From the NCBI GenBank assembly GCA_963781885.1, contig CAWAHW010000007.1, forward strand, positions 480,001-544,000: a stretch of DNA of 64,000 nucleotides, given 5' to 3'. The DNA is from an uncultured Spirochaetota bacterium. Its GTDB lineage: Bacteria; Spirochaetota; Spirochaetia; SZUA-6; Fen-1364. Positions within the stretch are counted from its first letter, which is position 1; every line of letters starts with the position of its first letter. The notes beneath the pieces were generated by a model that was not told the origin of the DNA, made no database searches, and saw only the letters and a list, made by a program, of their open reading frames with translations. Below, piece after piece: positions 18,911 to 29,132 of this stretch. The position numbers and the translations under genes are program-made.

Positions 18911-19738
18911 TTATTCCTCCTTGGGGCTTCGAGTGAAGAGCTGCAGACCCAGCACGAGCGTTACCGTCACCAGGAAAACAATGGTGGAAAGCGCGTGGAT
19001 GTCCGGCGAGACCCCCCGGCGCAGCGAACCGTAGATGTAGAGCGGAAGCGTCACCGAGGAGGGGCCGGAGGTGAAGAAGCTGATGACGAAGTCGTCCAGC
19101 GACAGCGTAAAGGCGAGCATGGCTCCCGCCACGATGCCGGGGGCTATCAAGGGAAGTGTGACCGTGCGCAGGGAGTGCCACGTGTCGGCGTACAGATCGC
19201 GCGCAGCCTCCTCCACCGACCTTCCCAGGGTGGCCAGCCGGCTTCCGACCACGAGCGCGACGAAGCTGATCTGGAACGTGACGTGCGCGACGATCATGGT
19301 GCCCAGGCCCAGCCGCAGCCCTCCCATCGCCTGCCGGACGGCCTCGAAGGCGAGCAGCATGCCGACGGCAAAGACGATGTCCGGAGTGACGACGGGGATG
19401 TAGACCACAGCGTCAACGATGCGCCGCATCCATCGGGGCCAGGGGAAGCGCTCCAGGCCGATCGCCAGGAGCGTGCCCAGCACCGTGGAGATCGCCGTGG
19501 AGACCGCCGCGAGGATGAGGGTGTTGAGAGCCGCCTGGAGGACAACCTGGTTGTGCAGGAGCTGGGCATACCAGCGGAGGCTGAAGCCCTTCCACGCCAC
19601 GCCGAAGCGCGCCGCGTTCACCGACATGGCCGCCACCGCGGCAAGCGGCAGGTAGAGGAACACCATGGTGGCCGCGGCGATCGCGGAGAGAAGCCAGTGG
19701 GAGCGGCGGACGCCCACGGCCGGTTCGGCGCGGCTCAC
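18911..19738 (-). CDS. potC: Polyamine ABC permease
   Basis: FLYLPL, EEAARDLYA, FTLSLDDFVISFF; GTG start overlaps the potB stop. Confidence 0.9.
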   Translation of the reverse strand: MSRAEPAVGVRRSHWLLSAIAAATMVFLYLPLAAVAAMSVNAARFGVAWKGFSLRWYAQLLHNQVVLQAALNTLILAAVSTAISTVLGTLLAIGLERFPWPRWMRRIVDAVVYIPVVTPDIVFAVGMLLAFEAVRQAMGGLRLGLGTMIVAHVTFQISFVALVVGSRLATLGRSVEEAARDLYADTWHSLRTVTLPLIAPGIVAGAMLAFTLSLDDFVISFFTSGPSSVTLPLYIYGSLRRGVSPDIHALSTIVFLVTVTLVLGLQLFTRSPKEE

Positions 19739-20643
19739 AGGAAGCTCACCTCGTCGCCGGACCGGCGCAGGATGAGGAGGCCCACCATGGTGAGGAAGGT
19801 GAGCACGAGGCTCACCGCCGCGCCGAAGGGGAAGTCGCGGCTCACGCCGAACTGGTGCTGGATGAGATTGCCGAGCATCCACGACTTTCCGCCGCCCAGC
19901 AGGTCGGGGATGAGGAATGCCCCCATGGCCGGGATGAAGGTGAGCACGATCGCGGTCACCAGCCCGGGCAGCGTCTGCGGAAGGATGCCGTTGAAGAATG
20001 TCCGCACGGGCCGCGAATACAGGTCGCGGCTTGCCTCCACGATCGCCCAGTCCAGCTTTTCCACGTTCGTGTACAGCGGGAGCACGGCAAAGGGCAGCGA
20101 GTTGGAGACCATGCCGATGTAGACGGCGAGCGTGGAAGGATACAGGGCCTCGGACGGCCCGATGAGGTGCAGCGCCTGCGCCAGGAGCGCGGGCGGCATC
20201 TGGTTGCCCAAGAGCAGCATCCACGCGTAGGTCCGGATCACGAGATTCGTGCAGAAGGGGATGATGATGAGCGTGAGCCACAGGTAGCGCCGCGACGGTC
20301 GTCGCTGCGCGATGAAGAAGGAAAGCGGGTAGGCCAACGCGAGCGTGATGATGGTGGTGACGGTCGAAATGACGAGCGTGGTGCCGAGGATCACGAGGTA
20401 CGATTTTGTCCAGCCGAACGCGTCGTAGCCGGCCAGGCGCGCGAAGTTCTGCAGGGAGAACGTCCACTCGATGTCGCCCGCGGCCGCCCGCGACGCGACG
20501 GACCATGCGACCATCGCGCCCAGCGGGGCGACGAGCAGGACGACGATCCAGACCAGGGGGACGGCCAGCAGCGCAAGGCCGCGCGTCGTGAGCTTTCGTG
20601 TCGTGGCGAGCTCCCCGTACCAGACGAGGAGCCTATTCACCAA
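19735..20643 (-). CDS. potB: Polyamine ABC permease
   Basis: LALAYPLSF, LVIRTYAW, LPFAVLPLY, EASRDL, DLLGGGK. Confidence 0.9.
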   Translation of the reverse strand: MVNRLLVWYGELATTRKLTTRGLALLAVPLVWIVVLLVAPLGAMVAWSVASRAAAGDIEWTFSLQNFARLAGYDAFGWTKSYLVILGTTLVISTVTTIITLALAYPLSFFIAQRRPSRRYLWLTLIIIPFCTNLVIRTYAWMLLLGNQMPPALLAQALHLIGPSEALYPSTLAVYIGMVSNSLPFAVLPLYTNVEKLDWAIVEASRDLYSRPVRTFFNGILPQTLPGLVTAIVLTFIPAMGAFLIPDLLGGGKSWMLGNLIQHQFGVSRDFPFGAAVSLVLTFLTMVGLLILRRSGDEVSFL

Positions 20644-21811
20644 GCGCCTCCAGCTGCCGGGCAGGGAGCTCGAGCCATATCTGCTCCCCGGGTTTCATCC
20701 CGGCGCGCGGCAGGCCGCGCACGTGGAGATTCCCCGGCTGCACGTAGACGTCGAGATGGTCGCCGCGGTAGATCACTTCGGAGATGATGGCGCGGATTCC
20801 ATTGGAGGACGGCTTGGCCGACCGCACGATGATCTGCTCGGGCCGGATGGAGAGGAATCCCTTTTCCCACTGCGGATGCGCGCGGGGCACGAGGTTTCCC
20901 AGCTCCGTGTGCACCGTGCCGTTCGTCCGCCACGCGATGATGAGATTCGTCGTGCCGAGGAACTCCGCGACGAAGCGGTTGGCAGGCCGGTCATAGACCT
21001 CCGCGGGAGGTCCGGACTGCACGATGCGCGCATCCCGCATCACGAAGATCCTGTCGCTCACCGTCATGGCCTCGTTCTGGTCGTGCGTCACGAGGATGAA
21101 GGTCTTTCCCAGATGACGCTGGAGCCGGCGCAGCTCGAGCTGCACCTCGGCGCGCAGCTTTGCGTCCAGCGCGGACATGGGCTCGTCCAGCAGGAGCACG
21201 TCGGGATGGTTCACCAGCGCGCGCGCAAGGGCCACCCGCTGCTTCTGTCCACCGGAGAGCTGCGTGATGCGCCGTTTCGGCATCTCCTCGAGGTGCAGCA
21301 TCTCCAGCACCTCGCGGACGCGACGGTCCACGTCGGGACCGCTGAACCTGCGGGCCCGCAGGCCGTAGGCGATGTTCTCAAAGACGTCGAGGTGGGGAAA
21401 AAGGGCATAGTTCTGGAAAACCGTGTTCACGGGGCGCTTGTTGGCGGGGATGCGCGTCACATCGGCGCCGCCCACGGCCACGCGTCCCCGATCGGCGAGC
21501 TCGAGGCCCGCCACGATCCTCAACAGTGTCGTCTTCCCGCAGCCCGATGGGCCCAGGAGCGTGACAAACTCTCCGCTTCTTACCTTCAGCGATACATCGT
21601 CGAGAGCCGTCACAGGACCGAAGTTTTTGCTCACCCCGGTGACGGCAAGGTCGCACCCGGCGGCATCGTCGTCGGAAAGCGTCCGCTCCCCGGCAACGAC
21701 CACTCCTTTCGCGGCACCCCGCTCCAATTGGAGCGTCGCCGCGTCCCCGGCCGAAGCCAGGGCACCTAGCGCGGGGGCAACCACCCCCGACAGATCGTAC
21801 TGCCTTTCCAA
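20633..21811 (-). CDS. potA: Polyamine ABC ATP-binding subunit
   Basis: GPSGCGKTT, VFQNYALFPHL, LSGGQKQR, LLDEP, TOBE-like C-terminus. TTG at 21811 follows AAGGAGGT. Confidence 0.92.
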   Translation of the reverse strand: MERQYDLSGVVAPALGALASAGDAATLQLERGAAKGVVVAGERTLSDDDAAGCDLAVTGVSKNFGPVTALDDVSLKVRSGEFVTLLGPSGCGKTTLLRIVAGLELADRGRVAVGGADVTRIPANKRPVNTVFQNYALFPHLDVFENIAYGLRARRFSGPDVDRRVREVLEMLHLEEMPKRRITQLSGGQKQRVALARALVNHPDVLLLDEPMSALDAKLRAEVQLELRRLQRHLGKTFILVTHDQNEAMTVSDRIFVMRDARIVQSGPPAEVYDRPANRFVAEFLGTTNLIIAWRTNGTVHTELGNLVPRAHPQWEKGFLSIRPEQIIVRSAKPSSNGIRAIISEVIYRGDHLDVYVQPGNLHVRGLPRAGMKPGEQIWLELPARQLEALGE

Positions 21812-21896
21812 CTCAGACGGACCTCCTTGCTTCACATGAAGCTGGACAACGCACGAAGCCCCTCCGGTCGAACCGATTCCTGTTCCGTGCACGCGC

Positions 21897-21927
21897 AGTG
21901 TATGCGAACATTGAATATTTTTTCAAT
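21897..21927 (-). promoter_or_regulatory. Putative pot promoter with overlapping palindromic operator
   Basis: Minus strand TTGAAA-18-TACACT; inverted repeat ATTGAA-N6-TTCAAT at 21910-21927. Confidence 0.5.
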
Positions 21928-21955
21928 ACCTTTTCGGCAGAAATATCCTTCTTTG

Positions 21956-22393
21956 CTACGGATTTTCTTCGCGTCGGGAGACCTTTCCGACCCGGGTGGT
22001 GGCGACGAATCGTGCGCTCGCCTCCGCGACGATGCTTCCCTCCGCGTCGTAGAGCCAGCCCTGCGTGAGGAGGATGCGGCCGCGCGCCTCCTCCACCTTG
22101 CCCACGGCCCGCAGCGTGGCTCCGGTCTCCACGGCCTTCTGATAGCGGACGGTGATCTCCGCCGTGACGGCCTGCTGGGAGATGCCGACGCAGGCGTGGG
22201 CCATGATCTCGTCCAGCAGCGTCGCCAGAAGGCCGCCGTGGGTCATGCTCTTCCAGCCCGAGAACCACGTCGGGACGGAAAGGCTCGTCTCCGCGATCCC
22301 CTTCTCCGGATAGGCCACGACGATGTGGAGGCCGCGCTCGTTGTCGGCCCCGCAGCAGAAGCAGTGGGAATCGCGATCGATCGTCACGCTCAT
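21956..22393 (-). CDS. PaaI-family hotdog thioesterase
   Basis: CFCCGADNERGL, HGGLLATLLDEIMA, VTAEITVRY. Confidence 0.9.
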   Translation of the reverse strand: MSVTIDRDSHCFCCGADNERGLHIVVAYPEKGIAETSLSVPTWFSGWKSMTHGGLLATLLDEIMAHACVGISQQAVTAEITVRYQKAVETGATLRAVGKVEEARGRILLTQGWLYDAEGSIVAEASARFVATTRVGKVSRREENP

Positions 22394-22568
22394 GGGCAGC
22401 GCTTCCCATTTTGCACCGCCTGGAGGCGAACGGTCGGAACAAACGGTGCCATGATGCCGCTTTTTTGATCGGGCAAAAGGGGAAGCGCTCTAACCGAATG
22501 GCAAGCCAGTTGCATGTTCATGGGGGCAAAGATACTGCAAAGGCGGCGCCTCACGCTATGATGCGGCC

Positions 22569-23045
22569 ATGAAGCCCGCAGCAAAAACGAATGCGCTCCG
22601 CATCGTCGAATCTCTCGGCATTGCCGTGGAGGTGGCCACACACGCCGTCGGTGAGGAGCACTTCGACGCCGTGACGGTCGCGGGCATGCTCGGCGTGAAC
22701 CCCGACATCCTGTTCAAGACGCTCGTCGCCCGCGACGAGCGCGGCGCCCCGCTGGTCTTCATCGTGCCCAGCAACGGGGAGCTCGACCTGAAAAAGGCGG
22801 CGCTCGCGGCGGGGGTGAAGAAGGTGGAGCTCATTGGCCTCAAGGAGCTCACGCCCCTCACCGGTTACGTGCGAGGCGGCTGCTCGCCGGTGGGCATGAA
22901 GAAGAAGCTCCCCACCTGGATCGACGAGATCGCGACCGGCTATGAGAAAATCTACGTGAACGCGGGGGCGCGCGGCATGCAGATGATCATCACCCCGGCG
23001 GATCTTCTGCGCGCCGCGGATGCCCGCACGGCGGATCTCGTATGA
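22569..23045 (+). CDS. ybaK: Cys-tRNA(Pro) deacylase
   Basis: KTNALR, FKTLV, LDLKK, TGYVRGGCSPVGMKK, NAGARG. Confidence 0.93.
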   Translation: MKPAAKTNALRIVESLGIAVEVATHAVGEEHFDAVTVAGMLGVNPDILFKTLVARDERGAPLVFIVPSNGELDLKKAALAAGVKKVELIGLKELTPLTGYVRGGCSPVGMKKKLPTWIDEIATGYEKIYVNAGARGMQMIITPADLLRAADARTADLV

Positions 23046-23929
23046 CGACCTCCGCACCATCGCGTTCGCTCTCCGTGGCATCGGCCGCCGTCATCACCAT
23101 CGTGTTCTGGGGATCGGCATTTGCCGGCATCCGCGCCGGGCTGCATTCCTATTCGCCGACGCATCTCGCCCTGCTCCGCTTCGTCTCCGCCTCCGCGGCC
23201 CTCGTGGTGGTCGCGCTCGCCACGCGAATGCGCCTCCCGCGTCTGCGCGACGTCCCCCTGGTATTCTTGCTCGGGTTTCTTGCATTCGCGTTCTATCCCG
23301 TCGCGCTCAATATCGGCGAGCAGATGATCCCCTCCGGGCCCGCCGCGGTCCTGATCCAGACCATTCCGATCTGGACGGCGCTCGCGGCCACCGTCTTTCT
23401 GGGGGAGAGGCTGCGCCCGTGGGGATGGGGGGGCATCGGCGTCAGCTTCGCGGGCGCGCTTGCCATCGGGCTCGGCAAGGGCTCCGGCGCGGGGCTGAGC
23501 TGGGGAGCGGCGCTGATCGTGGCGGCGGCGATTTCCGGCAGCGCCTACAACATCATCCAGAAGCGGATGCTCGACCGCTACCGGCCCGTGGAGATCACGA
23601 CGTGGGCGATATGGGCGGGAACGATCCTCCTGCTCCCGTTTACCGGTGGGCTTTTCAGAGAAATACGCGCCGCGCGGATCTGCGACACGCTCGCGGTCAT
23701 CTACCTGGGGGTGTGCCCCGCCGCGCTTGCCTACGTGACCTGGGCGGTCGTCCTTTCGCGTCTTCCCGCGTCGCGCGCGTCGAGCTTCCTCTTCGTCGTG
23801 CCGATCGTGGCCTTTCTCATCGGCTGGGCGTGGCTGGGGGAAGTCCCGGCCTGGAGCGATCTCGTCGGCGGCGCCCTCGCGATGGGCGGCGTCGCGCTTG
23901 TCCTCACGCTGGGCCGGCCCCGCGCATGA
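23042..23929 (+). CDS. EamA/DMT-family transporter
   Basis: WGSAF...LRF, about 10 TM helices, LGE motifs; ATGA overlap with ybaK. Confidence 0.9.
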   Translation: MTTSAPSRSLSVASAAVITIVFWGSAFAGIRAGLHSYSPTHLALLRFVSASAALVVVALATRMRLPRLRDVPLVFLLGFLAFAFYPVALNIGEQMIPSGPAAVLIQTIPIWTALAATVFLGERLRPWGWGGIGVSFAGALAIGLGKGSGAGLSWGAALIVAAAISGSAYNIIQKRMLDRYRPVEITTWAIWAGTILLLPFTGGLFREIRAARICDTLAVIYLGVCPAALAYVTWAVVLSRLPASRASSFLFVVPIVAFLIGWAWLGEVPAWSDLVGGALAMGGVALVLTLGRPRA

Positions 23930-23941
23930 CGGGCGGTGGCC

Positions 23942-24355
23942 CTACCGGCGGCGCCCGCTCTTCGGCGCGCTGAAGAGCAGGAGCTTGCGCGCGCCGAAGT
24001 TCCAGAAAAAGACCAGTGACGCCGCGATGATTTTCGAGATCAGGTAATGGATGCCCGCAAGGTCGGTCAACGCCCAGAGCAGGAGCTCGTTGAGACCGAG
24101 CCCGACCGCCCCCACGAGCACGAAAAGACCGTACTCCACCCGGACGGACGCGGACCTCATCTCGAATATGAAGCGGATGGAAAGGATGTAGCTCGCCGTC
24201 GTGCCCAGGATGAAGGAGAAGGCCGCGGAGAGCAGGTAGTGGAGTCGGGCCACTTCGGTGAGGAGGGCGAGCGCGCCGAAATCCAGGCCGAAGGCGAGAA
24301 GGCTCGCGGCCATGGACAGCAGGAGCTGGCCGCGCGTGGTCGTCGGTTTTCTCAT
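23942..24355 (-). CDS. GtrA-family membrane protein
   Basis: Four TM helices; HYLLSAAFSF, HYLISKIIA...WNF. Confidence 0.85.
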   Translation of the reverse strand: MRKPTTTRGQLLLSMAASLLAFGLDFGALALLTEVARLHYLLSAAFSFILGTTASYILSIRFIFEMRSASVRVEYGLFVLVGAVGLGLNELLLWALTDLAGIHYLISKIIAASLVFFWNFGARKLLLFSAPKSGRRR

Positions 24356-24362
24356 GGCGTAT

Positions 24363-24391
24363 AAAAAAGCCCCTGGAGCTCACCAGGGGCT
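24363..24391 (-). terminator. Rho-independent terminator
   Basis: AGCCCCTGG/CCAGGGGCT stem followed by a T-tract on the minus strand. Confidence 0.75.
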
Positions 24392-24411
24392 ATCGTATGC
24401 AGCGACGTCTC

Positions 24412-24690
24412 CTACCAGATCTTCAGCAGGGTTCCCGCGCGCGAGAGGTACCACACGAGGATGACGCCCGTGACCCCCGCCATGCCGAAGAACCAGAGGT
24501 TGAGCGAGCCACCCTCTTCCCGCGCCGCGAGGCCGATGACGATGGCGATGACGAGCGCCGCCACGAAACCGATGATCGCGAAGATGCCCGCGATGAGGAT
24601 CTCGCTGTAGATGGAGACATAGCAGAAGGCGAAGCTGAACACGAGGAGGAGGAAGAGACCGAAGATGAATACGAGGAAATTCCTTGTCAT
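24412..24690 (-). CDS. Small hypothetical 3-TM membrane protein
   Basis: 92 aa, strongly hydrophobic, AAGGAG RBS. Confidence 0.75.
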   Translation of the reverse strand: MTRNFLVFIFGLFLLLVFSFAFCYVSIYSEILIAGIFAIIGFVAALVIAIVIGLAAREEGGSLNLWFFGMAGVTGVILVWYLSRAGTLLKIW

Positions 24691-24798
24691 TTGCCGCTCC
24701 TTTATCGCTGGATCTCTCGAAAGAGGTTGCCGACCCTGAGGCCCTTATTCCATCCTACTTACTTTTCGGCTAATTTCAAGCAGTTCTGCACTGCCTCC

Positions 24799-26610
24799 TC
24801 AGCCGCCGCGCGCCACGGCGGTCCCCGCGAGCTTCTCCGCCTGGTCCACCATGCCTCCCAGGAGGTCCAGCCCCTGGGTCCAGAAGCCGGGGTCGGCAAG
24901 ATTGACGCCGAGCGGCTTCACGAGCTCCGTCGGCCAGTCCGACCCGCCGCGGCCGAGCATGTCGATGTAGCGCGCGGGGAAGTCTTTTCCCGCCGAGAGG
25001 TAACGCGCGTACAACGCGCGGACCAGGAGATCCCCGAAAGCATAGGCATAGACGTAACCGGGCACGTGGATGAAATGCGTGACATAGCTCCACCATATGC
25101 CGTAATCGTCGGTCAGCGTGACGCTGTCGCCGAACATCGCCCTCTGCGATTGCAGCCACAGCGCCGCCAGGTCTTCGGTCGTCTGCTCACCCCGCGTCCG
25201 CCTGGCCGTGTGGGCCGCGTGCTCGAACCTGTTCATGGCCACCTGCCGGAAGACGGTTGCAAATGAAGACTCGATCTCGCGGACCAGCATGGAGAGGACC
25301 ACCTTCGGGTCTTTCTCCCGCGCGATGAGGTGCTGGAAGACGACCGTCTCGCCGAATACCGACGCGGTCTCCGCCGTCGTGAGGGGCGTGTTCTGCCCCA
25401 GCACACCCCACTCCCGCGCGAGGTACTGGTGAACGCCGTGACCCAGCTCGTGGGCGAGCGTCATGACGTCCTCCGCGGTTCCCTGGAAGCTCATGAGGAT
25501 GTAGGGATGGACCGATGGGACGGTCGAGCTGCTGAAGGCGCCGCCGCGCTTGCCGGGGTGGACGGAGGCATCGATCCATCGCTTCTCGAAAAAAAGGGAA
25601 GCGATCTCCGCCATGCGCGGGTGGAACGAGCCATAGGCGGACAGCACGGTTTCCTTCGCCTCGTCCCAGGTGAAACGCCTTTCCGCGGCAGGCAGGGCCG
25701 CATAGCGGTCGTAGTCGTACAGGACGTCCAGGCCGAGCAGCTTCCTCTTCAGCCCGTAGTAGCGGGCGACGATTTCATAGCGGCCCGTCACCGCCGTGAC
25801 GAGCGCTTCCACCGTCTCGTCGTCCACCTGGTTGTCCATGTTGCGTGCGCTGATCCACGCCGGGAAGCGGCGGAGCGTGTCCTCGGAGGACTTTTCCGCG
25901 AGCAGCGTGTTCATGATGTACGTCGTTGTTCGCTGGATGGCGCGCAGTCCCTTCGTGAGCGATGCCGCAGCCGCCCGTCGGCGCTCGCGGTCCGGCTCGT
26001 AGAGCTGCCGCAGGATGACCTCCTGGCTGACCTGGCCGCCTTCCCACTCGTAGCGGTTGGAAGAGACCGTCTCGTCGAAATAGCGCACCCATGCCTGGCG
26101 CCCGGTCACCGCCTTCTCCGCGAGGATCTTCTCCTCGGGCTCGGAAAGAAGGTGCGGCTTGTAGCGCCGTGAAACGATGAGCCAATGGCGCCAGCGGGAA
26201 AGCAGCGGGTCGTCGATGAGGAGGGCCGCGGCGTCATCCGGTGCGTTTGCCCACTCCAGGTCGAGAAAGAGCGCCTGCTGGGAGAGCTGCGACTGCTTCT
26301 CCGCAACCTTCTGCAAGAGCGCGCCCCGGGCCGGGTCGTCGTTCTGCGTCGACCAGGAGAGCGACGCGTAGCTTTCCGCGCGGCCGACCATCTCGATGAG
26401 CTCTTCGTATTCGCCGAGAAGCACTTTCATCTCCGCCGCGGGGAGATCGGCGATCCTCCCCCGGTAGCGGTCCGCAAAGCGCGCGATCCGGCGCTCCGCC
26501 TCCGCGAGCAGTGTGTCGATGCCGCGCGCGGCGGGCGGTGTCACGAGATCGTCGAGATTCCAGAGGACATTTTCGGCGCCGGTGGGAAGGCGCGGCTCGT
26601 CGATTTTCAT
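24799..26610 (-). CDS. pepF: M3B oligoendopeptidase F
   Basis: WNLDDL, GKRGGAFS, HPYIL, TLAHELGH, AETASVFGE, HFIHVPGYVYAY. Confidence 0.93.
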   Translation of the reverse strand: MKIDEPRLPTGAENVLWNLDDLVTPPAARGIDTLLAEAERRIARFADRYRGRIADLPAAEMKVLLGEYEELIEMVGRAESYASLSWSTQNDDPARGALLQKVAEKQSQLSQQALFLDLEWANAPDDAAALLIDDPLLSRWRHWLIVSRRYKPHLLSEPEEKILAEKAVTGRQAWVRYFDETVSSNRYEWEGGQVSQEVILRQLYEPDRERRRAAAASLTKGLRAIQRTTTYIMNTLLAEKSSEDTLRRFPAWISARNMDNQVDDETVEALVTAVTGRYEIVARYYGLKRKLLGLDVLYDYDRYAALPAAERRFTWDEAKETVLSAYGSFHPRMAEIASLFFEKRWIDASVHPGKRGGAFSSSTVPSVHPYILMSFQGTAEDVMTLAHELGHGVHQYLAREWGVLGQNTPLTTAETASVFGETVVFQHLIAREKDPKVVLSMLVREIESSFATVFRQVAMNRFEHAAHTARRTRGEQTTEDLAALWLQSQRAMFGDSVTLTDDYGIWWSYVTHFIHVPGYVYAYAFGDLLVRALYARYLSAGKDFPARYIDMLGRGGSDWPTELVKPLGVNLADPGFWTQGLDLLGGMVDQAEKLAGTAVARGG

Positions 26611-26617
26611 GCCGCCA

Positions 26618-27928
26618 CTATAGGAAAAATCGCCCGGCCTGCACAGGGAGCGGCCCGCTCATGTCTGGGGGCAGAGCCCGTTCGAACCTCTCCAGCGCCG
26701 CGAGCCTCTCCCCGAGCGTCGGATGCGAGTAGTGGATGAAGCTGTAGAGCGGATGGGGCGAAAGATTGCTGAGATTGTCCTTGCCCAGGCGCAGGAGCGC
26801 CGTCCGCATGCCTGCCGCGGAGCCCACGCCCTCCACCGCGAAGCGGTCCGCCTCGTATTCCTGCCGGCGGGAGCGCAGGGAGACAAGGGGCTCGAGGAAG
26901 AACGTGAGGGGACCGGAGAAGAAGGCGAGAAGAACGAGTATCGAATGATAGCCGGGCTGCGTGATCCCGAATGCCTGGTAGAGCGGCGCCCATGGCAGCG
27001 CGAGACTCAGGATCCAGAATCCCACGGCCGAAGCGGCGATGGAGAACGCGAGGCCCTTCTTGATGTGGTTGCGCTTCTCATGCCCGATCTCGTGCGCGAG
27101 CACGGAGAGTATCTCCTCCATGCCGTGGGAGCTCACGAGCGTATCGTAGAGCACGATCCTCTTTGACCGGCCCAGGCCGGTGAAATAGGCGTTGGAGTGC
27201 CGCGAGCGTCGGCTGCCGTCCACCACGAATATGCCGCGCGTGCGGAAGGAAAGACGGGTTGCCAGCGCATCGATTGCCTGCCGCAGCTCTCCGTCGGGAA
27301 GCGGCGTGAACTTGTTGAAGAGAGGGGCGATGACCAGCGGCGCCAGGATGCTCATGACGAGCTCGAATGCCGTGAAGGCGCCGAATGCCCATATCCACCA
27401 GAAGGCCCCGGTGCGGTCCATGAACCAGAAAAGCGCGAGCAGCACCGGTATGCCGAGCACCGCCGAGATCCCGAGCCCCTTCGCCAGATCAGCAATCCAC
27501 GTCCGCGGAGTGGTCTTGTTGAAGCCGAAGCGCGCCTCGATGGAAAATGTCGCGTACAGGGAAAAAGGCAGACCGACGATCCAGAAAAGGAGCGCCACCG
27601 CGGCGATGAAGACCACGCCCTGGAGGTACGGGTGAAGGGGCAGGGTGCGGACGAGCGTGTCCAGCGTTCCGAGGAATCCCGTCAATACGACGAGGAGCCG
27701 TATGGCGGAGGAGACGAGACCCGCCAGCAGCCCGAATCTGCCATGCACGAGCGTGTAGGAGACGGAGCGCGCATAGGTCTCCTGGTCGATGCTTCCCGCG
27801 AATGCCGCCGGCACTGTCCCCGCGTTCTTCCTCACGTGACGCAGGTTGAGAAGGGTGAGTGTCGTCTCCCAGCCAAGGTCAACGAGGAAAAGGATGATGA
27901 AGAGGAGGAGTATCGTCTGCGCGCTCAT
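26618..27928 (-). CDS. M48 (Ste24-like) membrane metallopeptidase
   Basis: IEARFGFNK, DGSRRSRHSNAYFTG, LAHEIGH, EYEADRFA, YSHPTL.ER. Confidence 0.95.
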   Translation of the reverse strand: MSAQTILLLFIILFLVDLGWETTLTLLNLRHVRKNAGTVPAAFAGSIDQETYARSVSYTLVHGRFGLLAGLVSSAIRLLVVLTGFLGTLDTLVRTLPLHPYLQGVVFIAAVALLFWIVGLPFSLYATFSIEARFGFNKTTPRTWIADLAKGLGISAVLGIPVLLALFWFMDRTGAFWWIWAFGAFTAFELVMSILAPLVIAPLFNKFTPLPDGELRQAIDALATRLSFRTRGIFVVDGSRRSRHSNAYFTGLGRSKRIVLYDTLVSSHGMEEILSVLAHEIGHEKRNHIKKGLAFSIAASAVGFWILSLALPWAPLYQAFGITQPGYHSILVLLAFFSGPLTFFLEPLVSLRSRRQEYEADRFAVEGVGSAAGMRTALLRLGKDNLSNLSPHPLYSFIHYSHPTLGERLAALERFERALPPDMSGPLPVQAGRFFL

Positions 27929-27993
27929 GCTTGTCCTTCAGCATAAGCTAACCGCGCGCAGGCGGGAAGGCAAACGGAGAGGATTGCGCCCGC

Positions 27994-29016
27994 CTACCGG
28001 CCTGCCCTTTCGGCCGTCAGCCGCGTGAGGAAGGCCTGCACCGTGCGCAGGTGGACGGCGACCCGCGTGTCGAAATCGTCCCAGGATGGCGTTTCAACGG
28101 TGTAAGCATTCCGCACGCCGTGTATGCGCGCGTATTGGTCGAGTGCCATGCTGCGTCCCAACCCGATCCAGAAAAGCGCCGCCGCGGGCGTGCGGAGGAT
28201 GCCGTCGTGAACCGCGAAGATCCACTCACTGTAGTCATGGGCGGTCGGTCGGTGCATCGAGGCGACGACCTTCATATACTCGCTGCCCAGCCCCGCCGAG
28301 GGGGGCACGTATTGATAGATGAAATAGGCATTGCGCGCCGTCTCGTGGAGGTCCATCACCAGGTCGTAGGGACCGTCCTTCCGCATCAGGTCCTTGATGA
28401 AGCGCGCTTCCTGTGTCCGATGGGAAGAGAAATCCCTGTTCACGTCCTCTCCATCGCCGTCGTAGCGATAGCCGTAGACCCACCCCCACGGGTTGACGAC
28501 AGGTACGATGTCCATGCGCGCGTCCGCAAATCGCGACGGATCGCGCGCCATCCACGCGGCGAGCTCCAGGAGGGCCTGCGGACCGGCTGTCTCCGTTCCA
28601 TGCACGCCGCTCACCAGAAGGACGCGCAGGGGACGCGGCGCGCTGCGCGCCGGGGCAAAGCTCAGGAGGTGCACGGGGAGCGAGCCCTGGGCATAGCTCA
28701 CCATTCCTAGGATGGAGCGCGTCAGGCGCGGCGAGCCGACGGCCTGGATTTTGCGCTCGATGGTCTGCCAGTCCCGCGCGGGGGTAAACCGGAAACCCTC
28801 CGCGGGCCAATCCGACGCCTCGTGATGCGCAGCCGTGGAAACCGCGATGGCGATGCCGAGATTGCCCGCGATGAAGAGCGCAGCCGAAAAGACGACGGGC
28901 AGGAAAAAACGGCGCCGGGTGAGCCGCTCCAGGAGGCGGGCGCACGCTGCTGCCCCGGATTGCAGACACAGACGCCATCCCTCGGGGTGCGGTTGACGCG
29001 GACTCGGTGAGCTCAT
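27994..29016 (-). CDS. M14-family zinc carboxypeptidase/deacylase, membrane-anchored
   Basis: SGVHGTE, PVVNPWG, DVNRDF, MDLHE, YTVETP. Confidence 0.8.
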   Translation of the reverse strand: MSSPSPRQPHPEGWRLCLQSGAAACARLLERLTRRRFFLPVVFSAALFIAGNLGIAIAVSTAAHHEASDWPAEGFRFTPARDWQTIERKIQAVGSPRLTRSILGMVSYAQGSLPVHLLSFAPARSAPRPLRVLLVSGVHGTETAGPQALLELAAWMARDPSRFADARMDIVPVVNPWGWVYGYRYDGDGEDVNRDFSSHRTQEARFIKDLMRKDGPYDLVMDLHETARNAYFIYQYVPPSAGLGSEYMKVVASMHRPTAHDYSEWIFAVHDGILRTPAAALFWIGLGRSMALDQYARIHGVRNAYTVETPSWDDFDTRVAVHLRTVQAFLTRLTAERAGR

Positions 29017-29132
29017 GTGACATGCAGAGTATGCCCGGCGCGGCTGGCCTGATCAAGCGCGGCGGGTCGGCCTCGACGGTCGTTCTTGACACGGCGCCGG
29101 GTTCGTCACCACACTGCCCGGAGGTTTCCGGC

